Source: Acidimicrobiales bacterium (GTDB taxonomy: Bacteria; Actinomycetota; Acidimicrobiia; Acidimicrobiales; CADCTF01). From it: a DNA stretch of 64,000 bases. Under the pieces are notes generated by a model, which was given only the letters and a program-made list of their open reading frames with translations, was not told where the DNA came from and made no database searches. Every line of letters starts with the position of its first letter. Positions within the stretch are counted from its first letter, which is position 1. The translations under genes were made by a program, and so were the position numbers. Location of the stretch: NCBI GenBank assembly GCA_035525495.1, contig DATLED010000042.1, positions 11,038 to 75,037 of the forward strand, given 5' to 3'. Shown piece by piece: positions 35,318 through 43,655 of the stretch.

Positions 35318-35986
35318 ATGACCATGAGCACGCAGCTGGATGTGTCCGTCGAGTTCGCCACCAATCCCGAGCCACGGTGCGCGTGCGTGCTGCTGCTCGA
35401 TGTTTCCGGGTCGATGGCGGGGCGGGCCATCGACGCGCTGAACGACGGGTTGCGGGCCTTCAGCGCCGACCTCGGGACCGATCCTTTGGCGCGCCAGCGC
35501 GTCGAGGTAGCGGTCGTGACTTTTGGCGGCGACGGCGTGCAGGTCGTGCACGACTTCGCCACGGCGGGCCAGTTCGAGCCGGCACGGCTGGCCGCCGGCG
35601 GCGGCACGCCGATGGGAGCGGGGATCACGCAGGCCCTCGAGATGGTCGAGGCCCGCAAGGCGCAGTACAAGACCAACGGCATCACCTACTACCGGCCGTG
35701 GGTCTTCCTGATCACCGACGGCGAGCCCACCGACGAGTGGAAGTCCGCGGCCGAGCAGGTGCACGCCGTCGAGTCCGCCAACGGCCTCGCCTTCTTCGCC
35801 GTCGGAGTCGACGGAGCCAACCTCGACGTCCTCGGGCAGATCGCCGTGCGCACGCCGTTGAAGCTGAACGGGCTCAAGTTCGTCGAGCTGTTCGTCTGGC
35901 TGTCGCAGTCGCAGCGCACCGTGTCCTCGTCGAAGCCCGGCGACCAGACGGCGTTGCCGTCGGTGGAGGGATGGGCGTCGGTCTAG
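35318..35986 (+). CDS. von Willebrand factor A (vWA) domain protein, TerY-like
   Basis: MIDAS residues LLLDVSGSM (DxSxS), GGGTPMG (Thr) and FLITDGEPTD (Asp). Start is ATG 35318, with alternatives at GTG 35309 and ATG 35324. Confidence 0.85.
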   Translation: MTMSTQLDVSVEFATNPEPRCACVLLLDVSGSMAGRAIDALNDGLRAFSADLGTDPLARQRVEVAVVTFGGDGVQVVHDFATAGQFEPARLAAGGGTPMGAGITQALEMVEARKAQYKTNGITYYRPWVFLITDGEPTDEWKSAAEQVHAVESANGLAFFAVGVDGANLDVLGQIAVRTPLKLNGLKFVELFVWLSQSQRTVSSSKPGDQTALPSVEGWASV

Positions 35987-36708
35987 ACGTCGCCGGGTCG
36001 CTCGCATGGCGGCCGCTGACGGCCTCCGTAGCCGGCGCCGGGCATCGCGCTCGAGGCATCGGGTGCGAGGACGCGTCGTGCGTCGACGTCCTCGACGACG
36101 GGACGCTGCTGGTGGCCGTCGCCGACGGGGCCGGGTCGGCGCCCCGGGCGGCCGAGGGGTCTTCTCGTGCCGTCGCTGCGGCGATGGAGGGTTTGCGGGC
36201 GGCCGTCGACCTCGACGCGGTGCTCTCGGGCGCGCGTCTCGCGTTGGAGCCCGTGGTCGCGGGCGAGCGGTTGGGTGATCTGGCCACGACGTTGCTCGTC
36301 GTGCGAGCGGGCCAGTCGCTGATCGAGACCGCGCAGGTCGGCGACGGCGCCGTCGTGTTGCGGCGGGATGGAGAGCTCGAGGTGCTGGCCGCGGACACGA
36401 AGGGCGAGTACCTCAACGAGACGTGCTTCTTGACGTCGGACGGATGGCGCGCATCCATGCGGATCGAGTCGGCGCCGGCCGAAGGCGTCGACGGCATCGC
36501 GGCCATGACCGACGGCTTGCAGCTCGTGGCCTTCGACCTGTCATCGGGGAGGCCGCACGCGCCGTTCTTCTCGCCGTTCTTCAGCTTCGCCGCGGGTGAC
36601 GGCGACGTGGGGCAGCTCGCCGCGTTCCTCGGGTCCGACCGGGTGGGGGAGCGCACCGACGACGACGTGACACTGGCGATCGCCTCCCTCGTCGCGCCGT
36701 CGGCGTGA
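35971..36708 (+). CDS. PP2C-family Ser/Thr protein phosphatase
   Basis: The ATG at 35971 overlaps the vWA gene by 16 nt. Motifs: GIGCEDAS, VAVADGAGS, TTLLVV, VGDGAVV, AMTDGL, DDDVTLAI. Confidence 0.8.
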   Translation: MGVGLDVAGSLAWRPLTASVAGAGHRARGIGCEDASCVDVLDDGTLLVAVADGAGSAPRAAEGSSRAVAAAMEGLRAAVDLDAVLSGARLALEPVVAGERLGDLATTLLVVRAGQSLIETAQVGDGAVVLRRDGELEVLAADTKGEYLNETCFLTSDGWRASMRIESAPAEGVDGIAAMTDGLQLVAFDLSSGRPHAPFFSPFFSFAAGDGDVGQLAAFLGSDRVGERTDDDVTLAIASLVAPSA

Positions 36709-38090
36709 CGGTCTCGGCTGCCCGTCGACTGGGCGCCGGCGGCGAGGCGGAGGTCTACGAGGTCGATGGGCGACCCGGGCTGGCGTTCAAGAAGTACCGG
36801 CTGCCCTCATCGGAGCGGGCCGCCAAGTTACGGGTGATGTTGGCGTCGCCGCCGCTGGACGCGAAGGCCGGTGGGCACGTGGCCATCGCGTGGCCTGAGG
36901 AGCTCGTCGTCGACGGTCGCGGGGTCGTCGAAGGGTTCCTCATGCCCCGCATCGACCTGACGGCGACCGTGCCGCTTTTCCAGGTCTACAACCCCGCTTC
37001 GCGCCACCAGATCGCGCCCGCGTTCACGTGGCGGTACCTCCTGCGAACGGCCCGCAACGTCGCCGCCATCGTCGACTCGCTCCACCGGTCCGGCTATGTC
37101 GTCGGCGACATCAACGAGTCGAACCTGTTGGTGAACAGGCGGGCACTGGCCGTGCTCGTCGACTGCGACTCCATGCAGGTGCGCGACCCCGCGACCGGTG
37201 CGGTGCACCGGGGCGGGGTCGGCAAGCCCGAGTTCACCGCGCCCGAGCTGCAGGGCATCGACTTGGCGACCGTCGACCGGACCGTCGCGTCCGATGACTT
37301 CGCCGTCGCCGTCCTCGTGTTCCAGCTGCTGCTCGAAGGGGTGCACCCCTTCGCCGGCGTGTGGCGGGGGCGGGGCGAACCGCCCGACATCCCGGCGCGC
37401 ATGCGCGCGGGTTCGTTCCCCTACCGGAGGGGCGCTCGGGTCGCACCGCCGCCGCACGCACTGACGCTCGACGTCCTGCCGCCAGAGCTGCGCAAGCTGG
37501 CGTGGCGAGCCTTCACCACCGGCGTGCGCCGTCCTTCGGGCCGGCCGACATCGGCCGAGTGGGTGGCCGCGCTCGAGCGGGCGGATGGGTCGCTGCAGAC
37601 GTGCGGCCGATCGCCGCACCACGTGTTCGGCGCCCACCTCCGTCGATGCCCTTGGTGCACCCGGTTGGACGCCGGGCTCCCCGATCCTTTCCCCGGACCG
37701 AGCGGTCGCTCGTCGCTCGAGCGCCGCCCGCCGCCGCGGTCGGTCCGCCTGCGCGCCGCCGCAGTCGCGTGGACGCGCGCCGGCGCCGTGTGGGCGGCCC
37801 GCGCGGTCCTCGCCGCCCTGGTGCGAGTCGGCCGCTGGGGGTGGTCCCACGTTCGCGACCCGCTCGCGTGGACGGTCCCCGCATCGCTGACCGGCGCGCT
37901 GGTGCTGGCCCTCGCGCCCGTTCCCGCGCTTGTCCTCCTCTGTTCGGGCGCGCTCAGTTCGGCATACCGAACTCAGCGCGCCCAAACGTGGTTGCGGTGG
38001 CGCGGACCGGCCTGGTGGCCCTGGCTTCCGGCCATCGCCGTCGCCGTCGTGCAGCTGGTGCACGGCCCGTGGTGGTGGCCGTTGCCGTAG
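36705..38090 (+). CDS. Ser/Thr protein kinase-like protein (YegI/TerY-P-triad type) with a C-terminal zinc ribbon and Trp-rich membrane segments
   Basis: The GTG overlaps the PP2C stop (GTGA). Gly-loop LGAGGEAEVYEV, Lys in LAFKKY, catalytic loop VVGDINESNLLV, DFG-equivalent VDCDSM, and APE-like FTAPEL. Then CGRSPHHVFGAHLRRCPWC and 3-4 hydrophobic segments ending WWPWLPAIAVAVVQLVHGPWWWPLP. Confidence 0.8.
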   Translation: MTVSAARRLGAGGEAEVYEVDGRPGLAFKKYRLPSSERAAKLRVMLASPPLDAKAGGHVAIAWPEELVVDGRGVVEGFLMPRIDLTATVPLFQVYNPASRHQIAPAFTWRYLLRTARNVAAIVDSLHRSGYVVGDINESNLLVNRRALAVLVDCDSMQVRDPATGAVHRGGVGKPEFTAPELQGIDLATVDRTVASDDFAVAVLVFQLLLEGVHPFAGVWRGRGEPPDIPARMRAGSFPYRRGARVAPPPHALTLDVLPPELRKLAWRAFTTGVRRPSGRPTSAEWVAALERADGSLQTCGRSPHHVFGAHLRRCPWCTRLDAGLPDPFPGPSGRSSLERRPPPRSVRLRAAAVAWTRAGAVWAARAVLAALVRVGRWGWSHVRDPLAWTVPASLTGALVLALAPVPALVLLCSGALSSAYRTQRAQTWLRWRGPAWWPWLPAIAVAVVQLVHGPWWWPLP

Positions 38091-38101
38091 CTTGCGCCTC
38101 C

Positions 38102-39799
38102 ATGATCAGCATCGACCAGGCGCATGCGCAGCTGACGGTTCCGGGCAGCCCGTTCGAGATCGAAGAGGTGGTGATCCGCGGCATCCCGACGAAGACGTGG
38201 AAGAACGCGCCGCCGACGATGCGCACCCACCTGGAGCGGGCCAAGACCCACGGGGACGCCACGTTCATCGTCTACGAGGACGAGCGCACCACCTTCGCCG
38301 AGCTCCACGCGGCGGCGTCCACGTTCGCCCGGCGGCTCGTCGAGGACTTCGGCGTGACCAAGGGCGACCGCGTCGCCATCGCCATGCGCAACTTCCCGGA
38401 GTGGCCCGTCGCCTTCTGGGGCGCGGCGAGCGTCGGCGCCGTCGTCGTCCCGCTCAACGCCTGGTGGACGGGGGCCGAGCTCGAGTACGGACTGAGCGAC
38501 TCCGGCACCAAGGTCCTCGTCGCCGACGGCGAACGCATGGAGCGCCTCGCCGATCACTTCGCCGCCCTTCCCGGTCTCACCGCCATCACCGTGCGGGGCG
38601 ACGGCCCGCTGCAGTGGACCGAGGTCCTCGGCGGTGTCGACCCCGACGCCGAGCCTCCCCCCGACCCCGGCATCGAGCCGGATGACGAAGCCACGATCTT
38701 CTACACCTCCGGCACGACCGGACGGCCGAAGGGTGCGCTCGGAACCCACCGCAACTTCACGACCAACCTCATGTCGCTCACGTTCGCCGGCGCCCGATCG
38801 GCCCTTCGGAGCCGCTCGGCCGATCCCGAGGCCGCGCCGCCCGCGCCGCCGGCGCCGCCGGCCGCTCCGGTGGCGAGTGGGCAGAACGCCAGCCTCCTCT
38901 CCGTTCCGTTCTTCCACGCGACCGGCTGCCACTCGGTGCTGCAGGGGGCGACGTGGGCCGGCAACAAGCTCGTCCTCATGCACAAGTGGAACCCTGAGCG
39001 GGCGCTCGAGCTCATCGAACGGGAACGGGTCACGAACTTCGGCGGCGTCCCATCGATGGTGTGGCAGGTGCTCCAGTCGCCGGACTTCGCCAAACGCGAC
39101 ATCAGCAGCGTCCAGGGCATCGGGTACGGCGGTGCACCGGCGCCTCCGGAGCTCGTCCGCAAGATCGCCGAGATGTTCCCAGGCAAGCTTCCGTCCAACG
39201 GGTACGGCCTCACGGAGACGAGCAGCCTGTCGACGAGCAACAGCGGCGCCGACTACCAGCGCAAGCCGGACAGCGTCGGGGCACCCGTTGCCGTCGTCGA
39301 CGTGAAGCTCGTCGAGGACGAGCTCTGGATCAAGGGACCCAACGTCGTCAAGGGCTATTGGAACAAGCCGGAGGCAACGGCGGCGGCGTTCACCGACGGG
39401 TGGCTGCACACCGGGGACCTCGCTCGCATCGACGACGAGGGCTTCGTGTTCATCGTCGACCGCGCCAAGGACATGATCATCCGCGGCGGCGAGAACGTGT
39501 ACTGCTCGGAGGTCGAGTCCGCCCTGTTCGAGCACGACGCCGTGATGGACGCCGCCATCGTCGGCATCCCCGACCTCGTGCTCGGCGAGGAGGTCGGCGC
39601 CGTCGTGCAGCTCAAGCCCGGCCGCACCGCCACGGCCGAGGAGCTCCAGGCCCACGTGCGCGAGCGCCTCGCCGGGTTCAAGGTCCCGGTCAAGGTCTGG
39701 TTCCGCGACGCGGACCTGCCCCGCAACCCCGCCGGGAAGGTCCTCAAGCGGGAGCTGCGCGAAGAGCTCGGCCTCGTCGAGCCTGGACCCGCCGGATAA
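38102..39799 (+). CDS. AMP-dependent acyl-CoA synthetase/ligase (FadD-like)
   Basis: ATG at 38102 within track ORF 37361..39799. AMP-binding motif IFYTSGTTGRPKGAL, then GYGLTE, WLHTGDLARIDDEGFVFIVDRAKDMIIRGGENV, and C-terminal GKVLKREL. Confidence 0.9.
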   Translation: MISIDQAHAQLTVPGSPFEIEEVVIRGIPTKTWKNAPPTMRTHLERAKTHGDATFIVYEDERTTFAELHAAASTFARRLVEDFGVTKGDRVAIAMRNFPEWPVAFWGAASVGAVVVPLNAWWTGAELEYGLSDSGTKVLVADGERMERLADHFAALPGLTAITVRGDGPLQWTEVLGGVDPDAEPPPDPGIEPDDEATIFYTSGTTGRPKGALGTHRNFTTNLMSLTFAGARSALRSRSADPEAAPPAPPAPPAAPVASGQNASLLSVPFFHATGCHSVLQGATWAGNKLVLMHKWNPERALELIERERVTNFGGVPSMVWQVLQSPDFAKRDISSVQGIGYGGAPAPPELVRKIAEMFPGKLPSNGYGLTETSSLSTSNSGADYQRKPDSVGAPVAVVDVKLVEDELWIKGPNVVKGYWNKPEATAAAFTDGWLHTGDLARIDDEGFVFIVDRAKDMIIRGGENVYCSEVESALFEHDAVMDAAIVGIPDLVLGEEVGAVVQLKPGRTATAEELQAHVRERLAGFKVPVKVWFRDADLPRNPAGKVLKRELREELGLVEPGPAG

Positions 39800-39810
39800 C
39801 AACCGTTATC
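39795..39810. promoter_or_regulatory. AT-rich perfect palindrome GATAAC-aacc-GTTATC, a candidate TetR operator
   Basis: 6-bp inverted arms with a 4-bp spacer. It overlaps the ligase stop codon (TAA, 39797-39799) and ends 10 nt before the TetR start codon. It is one of very few AT-rich spots in the window. Confidence 0.4.
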
Positions 39811-39819
39811 ATCGTCGGA

Positions 39820-40440
39820 ATGGCTCTCCCGGTCCCGGCTTCGAATGACGTGTTCGAGAGCACGCGCGACAAGCTCCTCGGCGCCGCCACCGAGGTGTTC
39901 AGCGAGCGGGGGTACGACGGCGCCGGCGTCCAGGAGATCGCCCGCCGGGCGGGCCTCACGACCGGTGCCATCTACGCCAACTTCGCGGGCAAGGCCGACC
40001 TCCTCTTCGAGGCCATCGGCGCCCGCAGCGCCGACGAGCTCGACGACCTGCTCCGCCCCGCCCGCGCCGCCCTCACCGCCGGCCAGCTGCTGGCCGAGCT
40101 CGGCAGCCACCTGCTCGACGAGCCACGCGGCGACGATGCCCAGGCCGGGCTCCTCATCGAGGCGTTCGTCGCCGCCCGCCGCGACGGCGACCTGTCCTCG
40201 CTCGTCCGATCGCTCATCGACGAGCGGGCGACGTCCATCGGCGCCATCGTCGAGCAGGCCAAGTCCGAGGGGTCCGTCGGCGCCGACGTCGACGCCGATG
40301 CGCTGACCCGCTTCGCCCTCGTGCTCGCCCTCGGTTCTCTGCTCTACACGTCCATCGGGATCGACCGTCCCGACCAGGCCGCGTGGGGCTCGCTCATCCG
40401 CCGCATCGTCCGCAGCTTCCAGGAGGACCACACCACGTGA
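39820..40440 (+). CDS. TetR/AcrR-family transcriptional regulator
   Basis: N-terminal HTH RDKLLGAATEVFSERGYDGAGVQEIARRAGLTTGAIYANFAGKADLL. ATG at 39820. Confidence 0.9.
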   Translation: MALPVPASNDVFESTRDKLLGAATEVFSERGYDGAGVQEIARRAGLTTGAIYANFAGKADLLFEAIGARSADELDDLLRPARAALTAGQLLAELGSHLLDEPRGDDAQAGLLIEAFVAARRDGDLSSLVRSLIDERATSIGAIVEQAKSEGSVGADVDADALTRFALVLALGSLLYTSIGIDRPDQAAWGSLIRRIVRSFQEDHTT

Positions 40441-41090
40441 CTGCCACCCGCCCCTCGTTCGCCCCTTGGGACGAGCGGACCTCACCCCGCATCGTGAGCC
40501 CGGAGGAATCGGCGCGCCGCGTGCGCGCCTTCGCGGCCTTCGAGGAGAAGGCCGCGCAGATCCTCGAGGCCTTCGGACCCTCGATGGCCGAGGACCACGC
40601 GCAGGCGACCCTGGCGCGCCACGCCCGCCACCACGCCTTCCACGCCGAAATCCTCCGTGAGCGCGTCGCCGACGCGTCCGGGTCGAAGGGGGACGCCGCG
40701 GACGATGCCGATCTCGCCGCCTTCCTCGACGCCGTCGCCGAGCCCAAGGACGCGGACCAAGCGGTCGAGCTGCTCACCGGCGTGTACCGCGTGCTGCTTC
40801 CGCGGGCCATCACCGCCTACACGTACCTGCTCACCGCCCTCGGCAGCGACGCCACCGACGCCGACGCGCGGTGGTTCGAGCTGATCCTCAAGGATTCGTT
40901 CGACTCGATCCGGGACGGCGAGCTGCTCCTGCAGTCGCTGCTCGGTCAAGGCGGCGAGGCAGCGGTGCAGCGCTCCGCCGACCGGCGGGCCGCGCTCGAA
41001 GCCCAGATGGTGAAGATCGGCGGCCTCGTCGGTCCCGATTCGCTCGGCGGCAACAACCCTCAGAGCCCCAAGAACACGGAGAACAAGTAG
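40437..41090 (+). CDS. Hypothetical helical protein (217 aa), first gene after TetR
   Basis: The GTG at 40437 overlaps the TetR stop (GTGA). Composition is helix-rich with His/Glu pairs (HAQATLARHARHHAFHAEILRERV; LLPRAITAYTYLL; WFELILKDSFDSIRDGELLL). No family was recognised by eye. Confidence 0.6.
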   Translation: MTATRPSFAPWDERTSPRIVSPEESARRVRAFAAFEEKAAQILEAFGPSMAEDHAQATLARHARHHAFHAEILRERVADASGSKGDAADDADLAAFLDAVAEPKDADQAVELLTGVYRVLLPRAITAYTYLLTALGSDATDADARWFELILKDSFDSIRDGELLLQSLLGQGGEAAVQRSADRRAALEAQMVKIGGLVGPDSLGGNNPQSPKNTENK

Positions 41091-41915
41091 ATGAAGAAGA
41101 TGCTGCCCGTCCAGGAGCTCGCCCGCGACGACCGGTTCTTCCGGAGCCGGTTCGAGGACGCGTTCACCGATCCCCGCATGGGTGCCGCCGCCAAGCGGGG
41201 CACGCCCGAGCGCCCCGAGAAGTTCAGCCCCGAGCAGCGCAACTCGGCCGAGGCCGCCCGCTCGCTGATGCACGGCATCTTCATGGGCGAGATCCAGGCC
41301 CTCGAGGGCGCCGGCCGCACGTGCTGGGACTTCACGACCGGCAATGGCGACGACGAGGCGCCCTTCGCCCTCAAGCTCGACATGGCCCGGCAGTGCTGGG
41401 ACGAGAGCCGCCACGTCGAGATCTCCATCAAGCTGAACGAGTGGATGGGCACGACGCTCGGCGAGTTCGCCGAGAACACGTTCCTCTACGAGGCCGCCTG
41501 CAACCCCGACCCCGTCATGCGCCTCACCGGCGTCAATCGGGCACTCGAGGGTCTCGCCATCGACGTCTTCAACACGATGAAGAACTTCGGCGAGGTCTGC
41601 GGCGATCCGGTGATGGAGTTCTGCGAGGACTGGATGCTGGCCGACGAGGTCACCCACGTGAAGATGGGCTCCGATTGGCTGCGCAAGCTCACCGAGAAGG
41701 ATCCGGAGCGGCGCCAGCGGGCGCTCGAGTTCCAGCGCGTCGTCGACAAGCTGTTCTCGCTCGGCGGGATCCGCTCGGACAAGGACGAGAGCCCGATCAA
41801 GCTGGCGCGCCGCTTCCGGGAGCTCGCCGGCTTCACCAAGGCCGAGATCGACGAGATCGCCGAGGTGTCCGCCGAGGCCGCCGACGAGTCCCTCGGCCTC
41901 ATGGGCGCCAAGTAG
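41091..41915 (+). CDS. Ferritin-like di-iron superfamily protein (DUF455-like)
   Basis: The ATG immediately follows the upstream TAG. Candidate carboxylate/His ligand motifs are MGEIQALEG, CWDESRHVE, NRALEGLAIDVF and MLADEVTHVKMG (ExxH-type pairs). Confidence 0.75.
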   Translation: MKKMLPVQELARDDRFFRSRFEDAFTDPRMGAAAKRGTPERPEKFSPEQRNSAEAARSLMHGIFMGEIQALEGAGRTCWDFTTGNGDDEAPFALKLDMARQCWDESRHVEISIKLNEWMGTTLGEFAENTFLYEAACNPDPVMRLTGVNRALEGLAIDVFNTMKNFGEVCGDPVMEFCEDWMLADEVTHVKMGSDWLRKLTEKDPERRQRALEFQRVVDKLFSLGGIRSDKDESPIKLARRFRELAGFTKAEIDEIAEVSAEAADESLGLMGAK

Positions 41916-41919
41916 CGCC

Positions 41920-42486
41920 GTGGCCAACGTCAGCGTCTCACCGGAGACGTTCGAGCTCGTCAACTTCGACGCCGCCGAGATCACAGGCATCGCCGAGTCC
42001 GTCGCCGGCGCGGTCGGGCTCGGCGCCGACGTGGCGGTGACGATCGCCGTCGACGAGACGGCGATGCAGGGCAAGTCGTCTTCGCGCGTGGAGGACGGCG
42101 GCGTCGTCATCGAGGCGTCGGGTGGCGCCTTCGAATCGCTGCGCAAGGCGCGGGACTTCGACGAGGAGCGGTGCCGCAGCGTCCTCGGGCACGCGCTGCT
42201 CCGGGCGCGTGACCGTCTCGACGCAACCTTCGGCACGCCCCCCGCCGACGGTGACCTCGGCGTGCGCGAGGAGGTGGCGTGGGCCGCCTACATCGAGGGC
42301 CGCCTGCAGCGGCTCGGCATCGTGCAGGGACGCCCGCAGCGCCGCATCTACCACTTCCGCGTGCGCCACGGCTTCTCCGACACCGTCGATCGCGTGTTCC
42401 AGGAGCTGTGGGACGCCGAGGGCCTGACGTGGGCGGACATCGAGGCCCAGTCCGCCGAAGCCGCCGGGAGTGCCGTCCCCGCCTGA
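41920..42486 (+). CDS. Hypothetical protein (188 aa)
   Basis: GTG start 4 nt after the DUF455 stop. Composition is protein-like (MANVSVSPETFELVNFDAAEITGIAESV...YHFRVRHGFSDTVDRVFQELWDAEGLTWADIEA). No motif recognised. Confidence 0.6.
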   Translation: MANVSVSPETFELVNFDAAEITGIAESVAGAVGLGADVAVTIAVDETAMQGKSSSRVEDGGVVIEASGGAFESLRKARDFDEERCRSVLGHALLRARDRLDATFGTPPADGDLGVREEVAWAAYIEGRLQRLGIVQGRPQRRIYHFRVRHGFSDTVDRVFQELWDAEGLTWADIEAQSAEAAGSAVPA

Positions 42487-42541
42487 GCCGTCCACTGCGG
42501 GCCCCGTATCCTCCCGTCATCGCCGATGACCTCGAGCCCGC

Positions 42542-43054
42542 ATGAGACGGCGCCAGCTGCGCATCGCCGCCGCCATGGCCGCCGGCGTGGTGGTGGTCGC
42601 GTTCGTGCTGCAGCAGGTCGCCCTCCGGGACCTCCGCCGGCTCGAGGCGGCGTACATCGCGGCGCGGGAGCCGACGGCGTGCGCCACGCAGGGTCTCCTG
42701 CCCGGCGCGTTCAGCGAAGACCAGAGCCAACTCCCCGAGACCGTCCTCGCGCTCGTCACCCGGGCGTACCGGGAAACCGTGCAGCTCGACCGTCGGTACC
42801 ACCGCGAGGACCATGTGCTGACACCCCTCCCGGCCCTCCAGCATGCCGAGGCGGCGATCGGCGAGGCCCTCCGTGCGCAGGTCGCCCTCTACGACGCGAT
42901 GGTCAACGATCCCGACTCCAGCGAGGCGAAGCTCCACACGCTCGGCCTCGCCAACACCCGGGCCGAGCGCCAGCTCGGGCGCGCCCGCCGACGGCTGTTG
43001 GCATCGGAGACCCAGGACTGGAGGCGCCGGTTCGTGTGCGATCACGAGGTCTGA
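42542..43054 (+). CDS. N-terminally membrane-anchored hypothetical protein (170 aa)
   Basis: MRRRQLRIAAAMAAGVVVVAFVLQQV gives a signal-anchor, followed by a helical soluble part. Confidence 0.5.
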   Translation: MRRRQLRIAAAMAAGVVVVAFVLQQVALRDLRRLEAAYIAAREPTACATQGLLPGAFSEDQSQLPETVLALVTRAYRETVQLDRRYHREDHVLTPLPALQHAEAAIGEALRAQVALYDAMVNDPDSSEAKLHTLGLANTRAERQLGRARRRLLASETQDWRRRFVCDHEV

Positions 43055-43076
43055 ACGAGGACGTCGAACGGGTCGC

Positions 43077-43655
43077 TCAGATCTCCTCGTCGTCGAAGTA
43101 GAGCGGATCCCACTCGGGCAGGCTCGTCTGGTGGTCGAGCACCTCGGTGAGCACGCCCTCGGCGTCGAGCTGATCCTCCGAGCCGGGCTTGATGGTCAAC
43201 AGGTTGAACATGTCCTTCTCGAACCAGAGGAACACCGTCTTGTTGTTGGCCTCCGAGCTGAAGACCACCACGTCACCGACCGTGATGCGGTCTCGGACCG
43301 CCGGCATGATCTGGCCGATCACCTGGTTGCGGAGCTTGGTGTCGGCCAGATCGAGCTCGGGAAGGACCGTCGAGACCTGCAGCACGCCGACGAGGCGGTC
43401 GGCCCTGCGCATCTCGTAGAGCCGACCGTCGGCCACGAGGCTGTTGACGCCGGCGTTGGCGAACGCGCTCTTCACCTGCGGGAGCTCGCTCTCGAAGAAC
43501 GCATACTCCCCGTTCTGCACCCGAGGCGGCGCGATGCCTTCGGGCACGGACTGGGGCTTCACGACCGGCTTCTCCTCGCCGCAGCCACCCGCCAGCCCCA
43601 CGACGAGCGCGAGGAGCCAGACCGCGTGGACCGCTCGCCCCAGACCGATCCTCAC
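43077..43655 (-). CDS. Lipoprotein (192 aa), last gene of the MoxR array
   Basis: The GTG at 43655 overlaps the upstream stop (GTGA). Lipobox LVVGLAGGC. The mature part has normal composition, and the acidic C-terminus reads WDPLYFDDEEI. The track ORF 43077..44768 is over-extended. Confidence 0.7.
   Translation of the reverse strand: MRIGLGRAVHAVWLLALVVGLAGGCGEEKPVVKPQSVPEGIAPPRVQNGEYAFFESELPQVKSAFANAGVNSLVADGRLYEMRRADRLVGVLQVSTVLPELDLADTKLRNQVIGQIMPAVRDRITVGDVVVFSSEANNKTVFLWFEKDMFNLLTIKPGSEDQLDAEGVLTEVLDHQTSLPEWDPLYFDDEEI

Noticed and set aside
37361-39802. 812-aa extension of the acyl-CoA ligase ORF, and the 609-aa antisense ORF 37973..39802
   Set aside because: The upstream 247 codons overlap the kinase gene in another frame and are Arg/Pro-rich. 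A clean ATG at 38102 gives a normal ligase N-terminus. The antisense ORF has no motifs.
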